DNA of 64,000 nucleotides from a virus: IMG/VR virus record IMGVR_UViG_3300048997_000130, positions 64,001 to 128,000 of that record; one strand, 5' to 3'. Shown piece by piece: positions 46,452 to 54,963 of this stretch (position 1 is its first letter; each line of letters starts with the position of its first letter). The notes under the pieces were generated by a model. It saw only the letters and a program-made list of their open reading frames with translations, ran no database searches and was not told where the DNA came from. The position numbers and the translations under genes were made by a program.

Positions 46452-46504
46452 CCATACAGCTGAAGGGGAGGCCGGGAAAACCGGCCTCCCCTTCAGCTGT
46501 ATGG
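46452..46504. terminator. 24-bp perfect hairpin
   Basis: CCATACAGCTGAAGGGGAGGCCGG-GAAAA-reverse complement; just downstream of ORF 46514. Confidence 0.75.
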
Positions 46505-46513
46505 CCCGACTTT

Positions 46514-46828
46514 TCAGATGTCCGAGTAGCAAGTCCGAACGTGGGGATGATAGATGCAGAGCGTGCTGCTGGTTTCGATGAGAATCGGTTGAAGCGTGAT
46601 GGTGCGATGCGTCTGCTTGGCCGGACCTTTGACCGTCATGGCCTGGAGCTCCTCGACCACGGCAGGAGGCGCGGGATAACTGACGACGTCCTCGAACCTG
46701 TGCGGAGCTTCCTGCGTGGCCGTGTGGACCGGGGTTTGCACCGTGTTCAAGCACAACGCGAACGCCGGGATTGCCACTGCCATCATCACAACCAGAGCCA
46801 CCGCGAAAGTCTTGATTTGATTTTTCAT
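46514..46828 (-). CDS. Secreted protein
   Basis: MKNQIKTFAVALVVMMAVAIPAFA signal peptide; behind cassette 46836-46877. Confidence 0.75.
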   Translation of the reverse strand: MKNQIKTFAVALVVMMAVAIPAFALCLNTVQTPVHTATQEAPHRFEDVVSYPAPPAVVEELQAMTVKGPAKQTHRTITLQPILIETSSTLCIYHPHVRTCYSDI

Positions 46829-46936
46829 TGGAACCGAACCTCCATCCCCTTCTATGGAATCAATCCAGTGATTTACCGAAGCGGTTTTTAAAAGAGATTC
46901 TTCGTAAATCCTCCATATAGCCGTATAGCTTGGAAC

Positions 46937-47062
46937 ATGAACAACGTGAAGATGACCGCCGAGGAAGCCGCGTTGCTTGCAAAAATTCGTGAGCAATTGG
47001 CATTGCAAGCTCGCAGGATTGCCATTTATCCGAGCTTGCATGGTGGGCGACGCCCCCTCTGA
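46937..47062 (+). CDS. Unlisted 41-aa, probably leaderless, protein MNNVKMTAEEAALL...
   Basis: Plus-strand CGTAAA(46903)-N15-TATAGC with ATG 7 nt later; fills the gap up to the convergent stop at 47064. Confidence 0.6.
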   Translation: MNNVKMTAEEAALLAKIREQLALQARRIAIYPSLHGGRRPL

Positions 47063-47063
47063 T

Positions 47064-47333
47064 TCAAGAAGTTTGGATAGATGCCACTAACTGAATATCG
47101 CAATCTGGTTGATATCCGTAGAGATCCAACCAGGCATCAGTATCAGTCTCGAATTCCGGCCAGTCAGGACCGGATTCATCATTATTGGGTTGATTCTGGG
47201 GATCCACGATGGTGTAGCCACAACGTTGGCATACGTACGTGTGAGATAATATCAGGGATTGCCCAGTTCTCGGATCACGGGAACCGTGTTCTTCAACGAA
47301 CTCCTCTAAATGATCAAAGTTATGGCTCTTCAT
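47064..47333 (-). CDS. H/CxxC/C protein with shared C-terminal tag
   Basis: MKSHNF..YVCQRCG..DCDIQLVASIQTS*. Confidence 0.75.
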   Translation of the reverse strand: MKSHNFDHLEEFVEEHGSRDPRTGQSLILSHTYVCQRCGYTIVDPQNQPNNDESGPDWPEFETDTDAWLDLYGYQPDCDIQLVASIQTS

Positions 47334-47547
47334 CGGGTTCCGGAGTTTTTTCTTTATCCTTTGGGACGAAGCCTTCACAAAATAAATCAATGGCTACGAA
47401 TGACCAAATGAACAAGACGATGAACGGTCCGTGCCAATGCAGGCACCCAAGAATGGATTCAATGATAGCAGCCAAAAGGGATACGAGAGCGAAACCTATC
47501 CCAAGTTTGGTTGCGTTTTTAAGCGATTCGAAAAGAGTTTTTAACAC
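47320..47547 (-). CDS. Two-TM membrane protein
   Basis: Two hydrophobic helices. Confidence 0.7.
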   Translation of the reverse strand: MLKTLFESLKNATKLGIGFALVSLLAAIIESILGCLHWHGPFIVLFIWSFVAIDLFCEGFVPKDKEKTPEPDEEP

Positions 47548-47586
47548 CTGGAAGACTTTACATCTCAGGTGCCCAAATTTACGATT

Positions 47587-47790
47587 TCATTCTTGGCCGT
47601 GATAACTGTTGACCAGACTGGACATTTCATCCACTTTCTTGTTCCACAGCTCAATGAGCTCGGGAGAAGGATTGACGGACATCCGGCCAGTGAGAATATC
47701 AATTTCCTCTCCAAGCGCTTCCACTTTTTCCCAAAGCTCTTGGTGAGCAGTTTCCTCAACCGAAAAATCATCCATAGCAGAGGATTCCAT
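47587..47790 (-). CDS. Hypothetical coiled protein, probably leaderless
   Basis: TGTAAA-N15-TATAGC-7nt-ATG. Confidence 0.6.
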   Translation of the reverse strand: MESSAMDDFSVEETAHQELWEKVEALGEEIDILTGRMSVNPSPELIELWNKKVDEMSSLVNSYHGQE

Positions 47791-47875
47791 AGGGTATGCT
47801 ATATGGGCGGTGTTGGAATTTACAAGATTCAAAGCGATACTGTGGATGTTCATGAACATCCACAGTATCGGAAAG

Positions 47876-48103
47876 CTACGATGCGACTTCCACAGCTCCA
47901 GGGAGCTGATAAAACACGTCGTGACAGTGAATGGAAGCCTGCACTTGCCCGGCTTTTGCCAGCTCATTGAGCTTCTTTCGGATTCTCCGCAAATCCGACC
48001 GGTTCACTTCAATGAGGACCTTCTCGGCCAAGGTTGCAGAGGTATAGGCCTTGCCACTTTGCAAAGCGGCAAGGAGCGAAATTTCGAGAGCTCCAGTATC
48101 CAT
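47876..48103 (-). CDS. Winged HTH protein
   Basis: LLAALQSG..TSATLAEKV..IRKKLNELAKAGQV..FYQL. Confidence 0.7.
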   Translation of the reverse strand: MDTGALEISLLAALQSGKAYTSATLAEKVLIEVNRSDLRRIRKKLNELAKAGQVQASIHCHDVFYQLPGAVEVAS

Positions 48104-48134
48104 CTGTTTTTTTATATGAGGGAGATGTCAGAAC

Positions 48135-48455
48135 TTACGCTTGCAGGATTTCGAGCGTGAGCAGACGCCCCACGCTCGGATTGAAAGTGCGGAAGGCGCC
48201 AACTTCGCCGGTGACCGAGTTGTCACGGTTGGCCACGAAAACGGTCATCGTGACCTCACCATGCCGGTTCATGTTGATGGCTTTGAACGTGCCGACATAA
48301 TGACGGGGGCTAATGCCCATTTCGTCCGAAACTCGAGCTTCTGCACGAGCTTTGGCTGAAGCTGTACGACCGGCCACATACGAAATGAACAGTTCAGAAC
48401 CTTCACGAACGCCTTCGAGTTTCCGGAGCATCTCTTCGGTCGTCATAGCTTTCAT
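48135..48455 (-). CDS. Hypothetical early-type protein
   Basis: Start MKAMTT behind cassette 48461-48502. Confidence 0.75.
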   Translation of the reverse strand: MKAMTTEEMLRKLEGVREGSELFISYVAGRTASAKARAEARVSDEMGISPRHYVGTFKAINMNRHGEVTMTVFVANRDNSVTGEVGAFRTFNPSVGRLLTLEILQA

Positions 48456-48525
48456 CGGTGCAACCTCCACCTCTGAATATAAAGGTGGAGGATGAATTTA
48501 CGCAAGCCCGGCCAGAGAACCCGGA

Positions 48526-48708
48526 TCAATCAACGGGTTCGAATTGGACGGTCTCCGTGCCTCGAGCAATGATGTTCTTCGTGATGTAGGCCCTGTCATA
48601 AGGTCTCATGTTTGCGACCTTCTCAACGGCTTCATCAAAAGATTCCGCTGTGACATCAAGCGTGGTTTCGATGAAGATGCGAACCGGGATCTTATGAACT
48701 GTGAACAT
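48526..48708 (-). CDS. Small protein (VTAESFDEA module)
   Basis: Behind cassette. Confidence 0.7.
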   Translation of the reverse strand: MFTVHKIPVRIFIETTLDVTAESFDEAVEKVANMRPYDRAYITKNIIARGTETVQFEPVD

Positions 48709-48762
48709 TTGAACCGAACCTCCAGCGCATACTATTGAGACAGGATTTGAATCTACACTAGC

Positions 48763-48810
48763 CTGGCCACGGGATCCGGAGCAGTAAGGAAAGACGGATC
48801 CCGTGGCCAG
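48763..48810. terminator. 16-bp hairpin
   Basis: CTGGCCACGGGATCCG-16nt-CGGATCCCGTGGCCAG, downstream of the stop at 48819. Confidence 0.65.
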
Positions 48811-48818
48811 CGAAGTCT

Positions 48819-49046
48819 TTAGCGACCCCGAACCATGGCTCGCGAATCTTCGTCGAGCATGTCGGAAATATCCTTGACGAGTTCGTAGCTGCCGACCGTG
48901 TTGCCGTTGAGGTCCATGATATTGCCGTCAGTGCGACCGACTTTGACGCACTTGGCCACGTACTTGAGGGCGTCTGCCACTTCATTGGGCGACCTCATGC
49001 CATCATTGCCGAGCTCGATAGAAACCGTGAATTTGCCGTTGTCCAT
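48819..49046 (-). CDS. Small phage protein (GNIMDLNGNTVG motif)
   Basis: Behind cassette 49052-49093. Confidence 0.75.
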   Translation of the reverse strand: MDNGKFTVSIELGNDGMRSPNEVADALKYVAKCVKVGRTDGNIMDLNGNTVGSYELVKDISDMLDEDSRAMVRGR

Positions 49047-49106
49047 TTTGCCGAACCTCCATCAGATAGTAAACAGAAAGAACTCGGATTTACGATCAAG
49101 TCTTAG

Positions 49107-49379
49107 CTATTGGCGTTTGTTCCACCACTTCCAGATGTCCGGACCATAGAACGTTTCCATGGTCTTTTCGAAAACGTCATGTGCGAAGTCCTTGGGAGGG
49201 AATCCACGATCTGCGACCGATTGGATTCCGTCCGCCAGACGTTGTAGCAGACCCGAATAATCACGCTTGCAATCGGCCAACAGCTTTGGGGCTTGAGGAA
49301 CTCGCTTCTCAGCTTCGCGCCGCTCGAGTTCCTTTTGCAGTTCGTTCACCGAGAACTTCTTCAAAACTTCTTTGCTCAT
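49107..49379 (-). CDS. Hypothetical protein
   Basis: Start MSKEVL behind promoter copy. Confidence 0.7.
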   Translation of the reverse strand: MSKEVLKKFSVNELQKELERREAEKRVPQAPKLLADCKRDYSGLLQRLADGIQSVADRGFPPKDFAHDVFEKTMETFYGPDIWKWWNKRQ

Positions 49380-49408
49380 GTTGGTTCCTATGGAGAAAGG
49401 ATGACGAT

Positions 49409-49588
49409 TTACGCGTGTAAGGCGGGCATCATGAGTTCGACGCCAATGATTTCCACGTTGCCGTATGTGCGGCGCAAGCGAGCTTTGGCGGATTGTCTGG
49501 AACCAGCCGGGATGGCGACTTTCTTGCTGCCCGAACAGTCCTTGAAAAAGACGTTGAACGTGCGCTCGACCGAAATCCAACTCGTCAT
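49409..49588 (-). CDS. Hypothetical protein
   Basis: Behind cassette; stop inside CGTAAA. Confidence 0.7.
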   Translation of the reverse strand: MTSWISVERTFNVFFKDCSGSKKVAIPAGSRQSAKARLRRTYGNVEIIGVELMMPALHA

Positions 49589-49646
49589 GTCCGCAACCTC
49601 CATCCCTTCCTACATTGGAAATGTAGGCACTTACGACAAGGCCGGT

Positions 49647-50000
49647 TCAGGTCGTGTAATTATATGGAACCAAGCCTTCTTTGCTAGGTTGGACGACCGT
49701 CCGGAAATTGGTTTCAGCGTCGAGCATATCTGCGAGGCTGACTTCGAACATTTCGTAACCCTGCAAAATGCTAGGGCAGCCAGTGCTAGCCCCACTCACG
49801 TAGCAATAAGGACGTGCGAGTTTCACGACCATCCAATGACTATTGGATTCAACCTTGAGCACGACGCAATCCGAGAATGGGACTGCCCTGTTCATATCCC
49901 AAGTGCCGTCTTCGTTCAGGCTATGTAGCATACGAAGCACTGTGCCTGGCGTCAGATCTGACGCCACTATTCTTTTCATCAAACCGTCTTGATTGTTCAT
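49647..50000 (-). CDS. Hypothetical early-type protein
   Basis: Behind cassette 50007-50048. Confidence 0.75.
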   Translation of the reverse strand: MNNQDGLMKRIVASDLTPGTVLRMLHSLNEDGTWDMNRAVPFSDCVVLKVESNSHWMVVKLARPYCYVSGASTGCPSILQGYEMFEVSLADMLDAETNFRTVVQPSKEGLVPYNYTT

Positions 50001-50051
50001 TTTGCCGAACCTCCATCCCTTTCTACGCAGGACGGGTCTAGACTTACAGGA

Positions 50052-50366
50052 TCACTCCGGAAGAGTGCCAGTCTTGTCGAAGTGTCGAATGTTGGCCATG
50101 GCAACGCGCATTCCAACTTCGTCTTCTATCAACATGCATAGAGCCGCACGTGCCTGCATGGCCTGTCCGACTTTATCCCGATTGGGACCGGTCGGAGCCT
50201 TCCGGAAACAAGCTCGTGCATATTTCTCGGACCGAGAAACGCTTGCAAGAAGCTCTCGGAGCTTCTTGCGTCTTCCGAGTTTCTGTTTGAGCAAAAAGAT
50301 GTCTACCAACAATTGATTGTCGTCCATCACAATCTCCTCATGTCTATATGAATGAGGCTCCCACAT
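50052..50366 (-). CDS. Hypothetical protein
   Basis: 104-aa ORF; start uncertain. Confidence 0.6.
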   Translation of the reverse strand: MWEPHSYRHEEIVMDDNQLLVDIFLLKQKLGRRKKLRELLASVSRSEKYARACFRKAPTGPNRDKVGQAMQARAALCMLIEDEVGMRVAMANIRHFDKTGTLPE

Positions 50367-50392
50367 TTCCGGAGGAGCCTCATTAGAACTTT

Positions 50393-50563
50393 TTATTCTT
50401 CGTCGGACGTCACGAGTTCGAGGATTGAATTCTCGGCGTCGTCATCTTCCCAAGTCTTGCCGTAGGCCTTCTTGGCCTCGTCGAGCAGTGCCCGGATTTT
50501 TTGCGCCGTGTCGTGTTTGACAGTTTCTTGGTTCTTGCGAACTTCGATTTGAGAAATCGTCAT
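50393..50563 (-). CDS. Hypothetical protein
   Basis: Start MTISQI after GAAGGAAG. Confidence 0.6.
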   Translation of the reverse strand: MTISQIEVRKNQETVKHDTAQKIRALLDEAKKAYGKTWEDDDAENSILELVTSDEE

Positions 50564-50571
50564 GCTTCCTT

Positions 50572-51066
50572 CTATGTTGCCAAATATCCAATTTCCGGTT
50601 CTTCCCCAGTCCGAACAACCAGACCTTGCGCACACAGAAAATGGAGGGCGATATTCACCGTCCATGCGGCGTCGTCCGAGTCGTCATCGACGTCCGCATA
50701 TATCTGGTCCGATCCCCAAGCTCCGCTTTCCCGGAGCTTGTCACCAATTTCAGTTACTCGAGCCAGGTCAATCCGGGTTACGCGAGCAATCTCTGCATCT
50801 ACGGGTCCGAACAGGAACGCGGCAATCACTACTCTCAAAAGTTCAAGTTCGGCCTCAGACCGGTTTGGGTACTCGGGCAATTGTAATGCTAGAATCTGCT
50901 CATAGCCCATTTCGGGCGTGAGCCCGATGCAAAGCAAACATTCTTTTTTCCCCAGACCGAAACACCTGAAATGAAGCCATCTCCCGCATTCTTTACACTT
51001 CCGCCTTTGCTCGTGGTACTCCACGGCTTTATTGCAAAGTGGACATTCATGGCGGAAATAAGGCAT
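50572..51066 (-). CDS. Zn-finger (PHD-like C-C-C-H-C-C) plus helical domain
   Basis: CPLC..CKEC..HFRC..CLLC. Confidence 0.6.
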   Translation of the reverse strand: MPYFRHECPLCNKAVEYHEQRRKCKECGRWLHFRCFGLGKKECLLCIGLTPEMGYEQILALQLPEYPNRSEAELELLRVVIAAFLFGPVDAEIARVTRIDLARVTEIGDKLRESGAWGSDQIYADVDDDSDDAAWTVNIALHFLCAQGLVVRTGEEPEIGYLAT

Positions 51067-51145
51067 TCGCAGAACTCAAGCATTGGAGATCTTCCAATCT
51101 CCATGGAATTTATTATTTTTTCCTAATTCAAATTTACAAGTAAGA

Positions 51146-51205
51146 GTGAAGGGGACTGCAGGTTAGCGGGTTGGGGAGGTTGGCGGACCCTGCAGTCCCC
51201 TTCAC
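51146..51205. terminator. 17-bp hairpin with 26-nt G-rich loop
   Basis: GTGAAGGGGACTGCAGG..CCTGCAGTCCCCTTCAC. Confidence 0.65.
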
Positions 51206-51259
51206 AAAGTCTTTAGTTCAAATCCACTCGATGCCGAGCATATACATTAAGGCCCGTTA

Positions 51260-51475
51260 TTACTCCCAATATTGTCCGCCAGAACCGCCACGAACTCGGT
51301 GCATTCCGATGGACTCGTAAGCTTCTCGGCGAGCCGCTGCAGCACGACGTGCTTTCTTGTTACGGGCCAGTCGCCGCGCTTCGCCCTCAGCAGTACGAAG
51401 TTCAGCCTCGTACTTCGAGTCTTCTGCTTGTTCCAGAGTTTCACGCAAACGTTTGATTTTTTCGAAATTGTTCAT
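51260..51475 (-). CDS. Hypothetical coiled protein
   Basis: Behind promoter copy ending 51512. Confidence 0.7.
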   Translation of the reverse strand: MNNFEKIKRLRETLEQAEDSKYEAELRTAEGEARRLARNKKARRAAAARREAYESIGMHRVRGGSGGQYWE

Positions 51476-51858
51476 CTCATGTTCGACTATTCAGACTGGA
51501 GTCTGATTTACGAGGAAGCGTAAGTTCGGACTTCGTGTTTTTAGGAAGGATTGAAGCAGACGGCACCTCGGGGAAATCCCGGAGATCCGGATGAAATAGG
51601 GACGCTTTGGGGAGAACTGTTTTTCGTCGGCCCAACTTTAACACACTTTCGTCCGAAGCCGCTCTACTCCGTATCAGGTTCCCATCTTAGTGACGGCCTC
51701 TGATCCGCTTGGTGATCTTTCTATAAAGATATGTCTGGAATTTACGAAGTCCCGTAAATCGACGATATTCAGGTGTAGTAGGAGATGAAGCGGCGACACC
51801 GTTTGCACCAGGCAAACATAGGATCGGCGGAATAGGGACGCTTGGCGGAAAAGTATTT

Positions 51859-52080
51859 CTAAATTTTAGTGAGCTTCCAAGTCCAAAATATCTGATATTG
51901 GTATGTGGATATGGTACATACAGCTGTATTTATTAGTTGATATTCATATGATGATTCGTCATCATTCAGTTCATTGCAGTTTGGAGATTCTGGTTGTGGA
52001 ATGAAGTCGATCGTATTTATTGGTTTAATTTGACCGATCGCTGACGTGGTTACGTATTCGGCTGTTGATTTAACTATCAT
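51859..52080 (-). CDS. Hypothetical protein
   Basis: Coupled to upstream ORF. Confidence 0.5.
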   Translation of the reverse strand: MIVKSTAEYVTTSAIGQIKPINTIDFIPQPESPNCNELNDDESSYEYQLINTAVCTISTYQYQIFWTWKLTKI

Positions 52081-52292
52081 GGATAAGGGTCTTTTTCAGA
52101 TTGTTTCCTGATATGATTTATTAGAGTTACGTGTTGGAGGCAAGAGACTGCTTTCCCAATGATGTCTCGAAGATGGCCTTCAAAAGGCAAATCAATCGAA
52201 ACTGGCTGCGTTCGACAGGCGGTTTCAACCATTCCCTTCAATATTTGAAGTTGTCTTTCCAGTTTTGCTGTTTCCAACTTTAAGTTATCCAA
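52077..52292 (-). CDS. Hypothetical protein
   Basis: 71-aa ORF. Confidence 0.6.
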   Translation of the reverse strand: MDNLKLETAKLERQLQILKGMVETACRTQPVSIDLPFEGHLRDIIGKAVSCLQHVTLINHIRKQSEKDPYP

Positions 52293-52332
52293 AGTTCACT
52301 TATCTTTCTCTCGGAACTCACTTCGGAGATTT

Positions 52333-52578
52333 TTAGAAGGTGGGCTGAATTGAATCTCTCGGAATTTCCGGTTCGAGTTGTTCAGTGCAGTTAAGCAGTG
52401 CGTGTTTCATGATCTGATATCGAACGTTAGGGTCTCGAATAACGCTCCAAATCGGAGGATCATTGGACACTCTCAACTGGACAAGCAGCGTGTCGGCTCC
52501 GATTTGGACGATACGGTATTCATCCAAGTCTTTATCCAAGCCTGTCCAAATCGTTTTAGTTTTTTTGATTTCGCTCAT
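52333..52578 (-). CDS. Hypothetical protein
   Basis: Start MSEIKK. Confidence 0.65.
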   Translation of the reverse strand: MSEIKKTKTIWTGLDKDLDEYRIVQIGADTLLVQLRVSNDPPIWSVIRDPNVRYQIMKHALLNCTEQLEPEIPRDSIQPTF

Positions 52579-52648
52579 GTGACATATGTGTATTATGGCA
52601 TATAGGCAAGTGACCCCTGCCATATATTTCGGAAATATATATTAGAAA

Positions 52649-52924
52649 TCAGGCTTTACAACTTACAGGCGGAGGTTCGGAATCTTCTTCAAATTCTTTA
52701 GTGGCTCGAACGTGTGTGATTTCTTCCTCTCGCAAGACTTTATCCGTAAGTTCGTCGAATGTGATCCTGCCTGCCACGTACGCTTCAATATATTTGCGAG
52801 GACCGGAGGCAGCAACAAGACCTGCGCCAATGCGCTGCCCGTCCAGTTCGGTGTGGATGATGAGTTGAGCATCAGTCCGTTTGTTAGGATTTATCCTAAT
52901 TTCGTGATAGCTTTCGAGTTTCAT
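52649..52924 (-). CDS. Hypothetical protein
   Basis: Behind promoter copy ending 52961. Confidence 0.7.
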   Translation of the reverse strand: MKLESYHEIRINPNKRTDAQLIIHTELDGQRIGAGLVAASGPRKYIEAYVAGRITFDELTDKVLREEEITHVRATKEFEEDSEPPPVSCKA

Positions 52925-52983
52925 TTCGGTCAGTCCTACTGCTAACCCCCTCAGATTTACGAATATACTTTACGAGCAAATAT

Positions 52984-53247
52984 CTAAGACCAAAGAGCTC
53001 TCGCCATTTCTACGAGCTCTTCCGGAGAATGCAAACGAATGTCCATATGTAAGCTTCTGGACGAAGCTGCTGAATCACCCACCCAAACGGCTTGCTGGTG
53101 GAACCATAAACGGATGGATTTATCTGGACTTGTAGCGTGCGGCACCTTCATGGCCTTCATGGTTTGCATGTTGAACGACTTGACGTCCCAACCAAATTGT
53201 CCAAGATGCGCTAGAATCTCTTCACGAGCTTTCTTGAAAGTCTTCAT
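52984..53247 (-). CDS. Hypothetical early-type protein
   Basis: Start MKTFKK behind cassette. Confidence 0.75.
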   Translation of the reverse strand: MKTFKKAREEILAHLGQFGWDVKSFNMQTMKAMKVPHATSPDKSIRLWFHQQAVWVGDSAASSRSLHMDIRLHSPEELVEMARALWS

Positions 53248-53303
53248 TTTTCCCAAACCTCCAGCCTTTGCTATTGAGATCGGAGCTTGATTTCCGTTGG
53301 AAT

Positions 53304-54002
53304 TCAAGCCGTTCGGACGAGACGAAGCCTGTCGCCGTCGAGAACCGAAACTTCGAATGAACGCTTCTTTTGTTCGAACGTGGCAGTCACATGCTTATGG
53401 TCGAGTTTGTGGTCGTCCACATGTACGACTTTTTCAACACCCTTGAGCAGCCCTTTGGTCTCTTCCTTCACCAGTTCAACCAGTTTCTGACGAACAGCAT
53501 CCTGCTCCATTGCCAGTTCTTGGTCACGAGTCTGCATGAGTTCGTAGAGCTCTCCTTCGAGCTTTTGTTGAAGACGCACGCCGAATTCGGCCACACGATT
53601 GTAGAATTTGAGAACGCCAATCGCTTCGACACATCCCATATTCCCGAAAGATGCCCAATTGATATTCACGGTAGGATTCTGGAATTTCCGATATATGTTG
53701 CCAGACACGGAATCGCGCAGAATTACCTGATCCCCAGGCTCCCATTGGAAATCGATGTTCAATGTCACATCGATACGGTTACTGAATTTGAACCTGAAGT
53801 ATCCATCCAAGAGACTTGAACCGGCTTCTTTATTGAGGAAGTTTTCCACACGAGCCTGGCCATGTTTATCCAACGTAATCGGCGATCCGCCGACCGCAGA
53901 ATCATTCACAAACTCCAGAATCATTCTTCCGGCGATGCGAAGCGCATCTTCCATATTGGATTTGCTGTCCAGACCGTCCGCCAATTCGTAATGCTTTGTC
54001 AT
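53304..54002 (-). CDS. Hypothetical early-type protein
   Basis: 232 aa behind cassette 54010-54051. Confidence 0.8.
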   Translation of the reverse strand: MTKHYELADGLDSKSNMEDALRIAGRMILEFVNDSAVGGSPITLDKHGQARVENFLNKEAGSSLLDGYFRFKFSNRIDVTLNIDFQWEPGDQVILRDSVSGNIYRKFQNPTVNINWASFGNMGCVEAIGVLKFYNRVAEFGVRLQQKLEGELYELMQTRDQELAMEQDAVRQKLVELVKEETKGLLKGVEKVVHVDDHKLDHKHVTATFEQKKRSFEVSVLDGDRLRLVRTA

Positions 54003-54052
54003 GTGAACCGAACCTCCACTCCTGAATACTTAGACAGATATGTGATTTACAA

Positions 54053-54619
54053 CTAGATGATTTGGCCGGTATTCAAATCGATAATAACCAAGAATCCATC
54101 GTTGCGAGTCTTCTGATGATCGTGGTAAGTCGCAACGATGGATTCGGCTTCAGTCAAGGTCTGGACGACCTTATGGACTTTCACCTTATCGCTCTGAATT
54201 GCCAGAATGGAGAAGTTCGGACGATCCGACGATTGGAAGCTGGATTCAAAATTGAGTTCGAGTTCTTTGGCCAGCAGCTCGCCTTCCTGCAGAGCTGATT
54301 TCGGCGGCTTGGATGAATCTTCCAATCCAAGATTCTTGAGAGGAATGCCGGATTCGTCTTCCATATAACAAGAGCCCTTTTCGGAAAGCTTGTTATATTT
54401 GGGTGGAGCAAAAAATGGATACTGCTCTGCGAAAGCTCGCCCAGCTTCGGTCGGAAGAGCAATCCCATGTCCATACGATCCTGCTACGAAATCCACAAAG
54501 CCTTTCTCTTGGAGCGCTAACATGGGCTTAAAAGTTCCGATACACCGCGATCCTTTAGGATTGTGGAGAACTTGCTTGAGAAATTCGGCTTGCGCCTTGG
54601 AGAGTTTCGGTTTTGCCAT
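54053..54619 (-). CDS. Protein with N-terminal winged-HTH-like domain
   Basis: LSKAQAEFLK..LALQEKGFV..PTEAGRAF. Confidence 0.65.
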   Translation of the reverse strand: MAKPKLSKAQAEFLKQVLHNPKGSRCIGTFKPMLALQEKGFVDFVAGSYGHGIALPTEAGRAFAEQYPFFAPPKYNKLSEKGSCYMEDESGIPLKNLGLEDSSKPPKSALQEGELLAKELELNFESSFQSSDRPNFSILAIQSDKVKVHKVVQTLTEAESIVATYHDHQKTRNDGFLVIIDLNTGQII

Positions 54620-54659
54620 GTTTTGGACTACTGGGAAAGGAATGTAGATTTACGTTCGG

Positions 54660-54953
54660 TCAATGACCGAAATTGAATCCATATTTATAAGTATGGAACA
54701 GCGGAGACGGGCCGAATTCAATCTCATACGATCCGCAGCAACCACTAAGTTCTTGCTCCACGAAAAATAGTTCAGAAAGCTCATCGCCAATCAAGCAAAG
54801 TCGGAAATTATCTGTGAATTCAAACGCATCCGGGTCTGTCCGAGCCCAGAACATTTCGATTTGATATTTCAGCCAATTGGCTTCTTCTTGACCAAAGATC
54901 CTGGCCAAATTATCCAAGCTGGATTCATTTTTGGCGGCGATTGCAGTTTCCAT
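54660..54953 (-). CDS. Hypothetical protein
   Basis: 97-aa ORF (DNFRL..GCCGS). Confidence 0.7.
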   Translation of the reverse strand: METAIAAKNESSLDNLARIFGQEEANWLKYQIEMFWARTDPDAFEFTDNFRLCLIGDELSELFFVEQELSGCCGSYEIEFGPSPLFHTYKYGFNFGH

Positions 54954-54963
54954 GTTCTTTATT

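Noticed and set aside
51600-51700. Hammerhead-like CTGA..GAAA on the minus strand
   Set aside because: The core reads CTGATAC rather than CTGAnGA, and stems I-III could not be built
34300-54050. CRISPR array or integron attC sites for the repeated intergenic units
   Set aside because: Units are degenerate, separated by whole genes, contain SD and promoter boxes, and lack constant spacer length or attC R/L boxes; no cas or integrase is in the window
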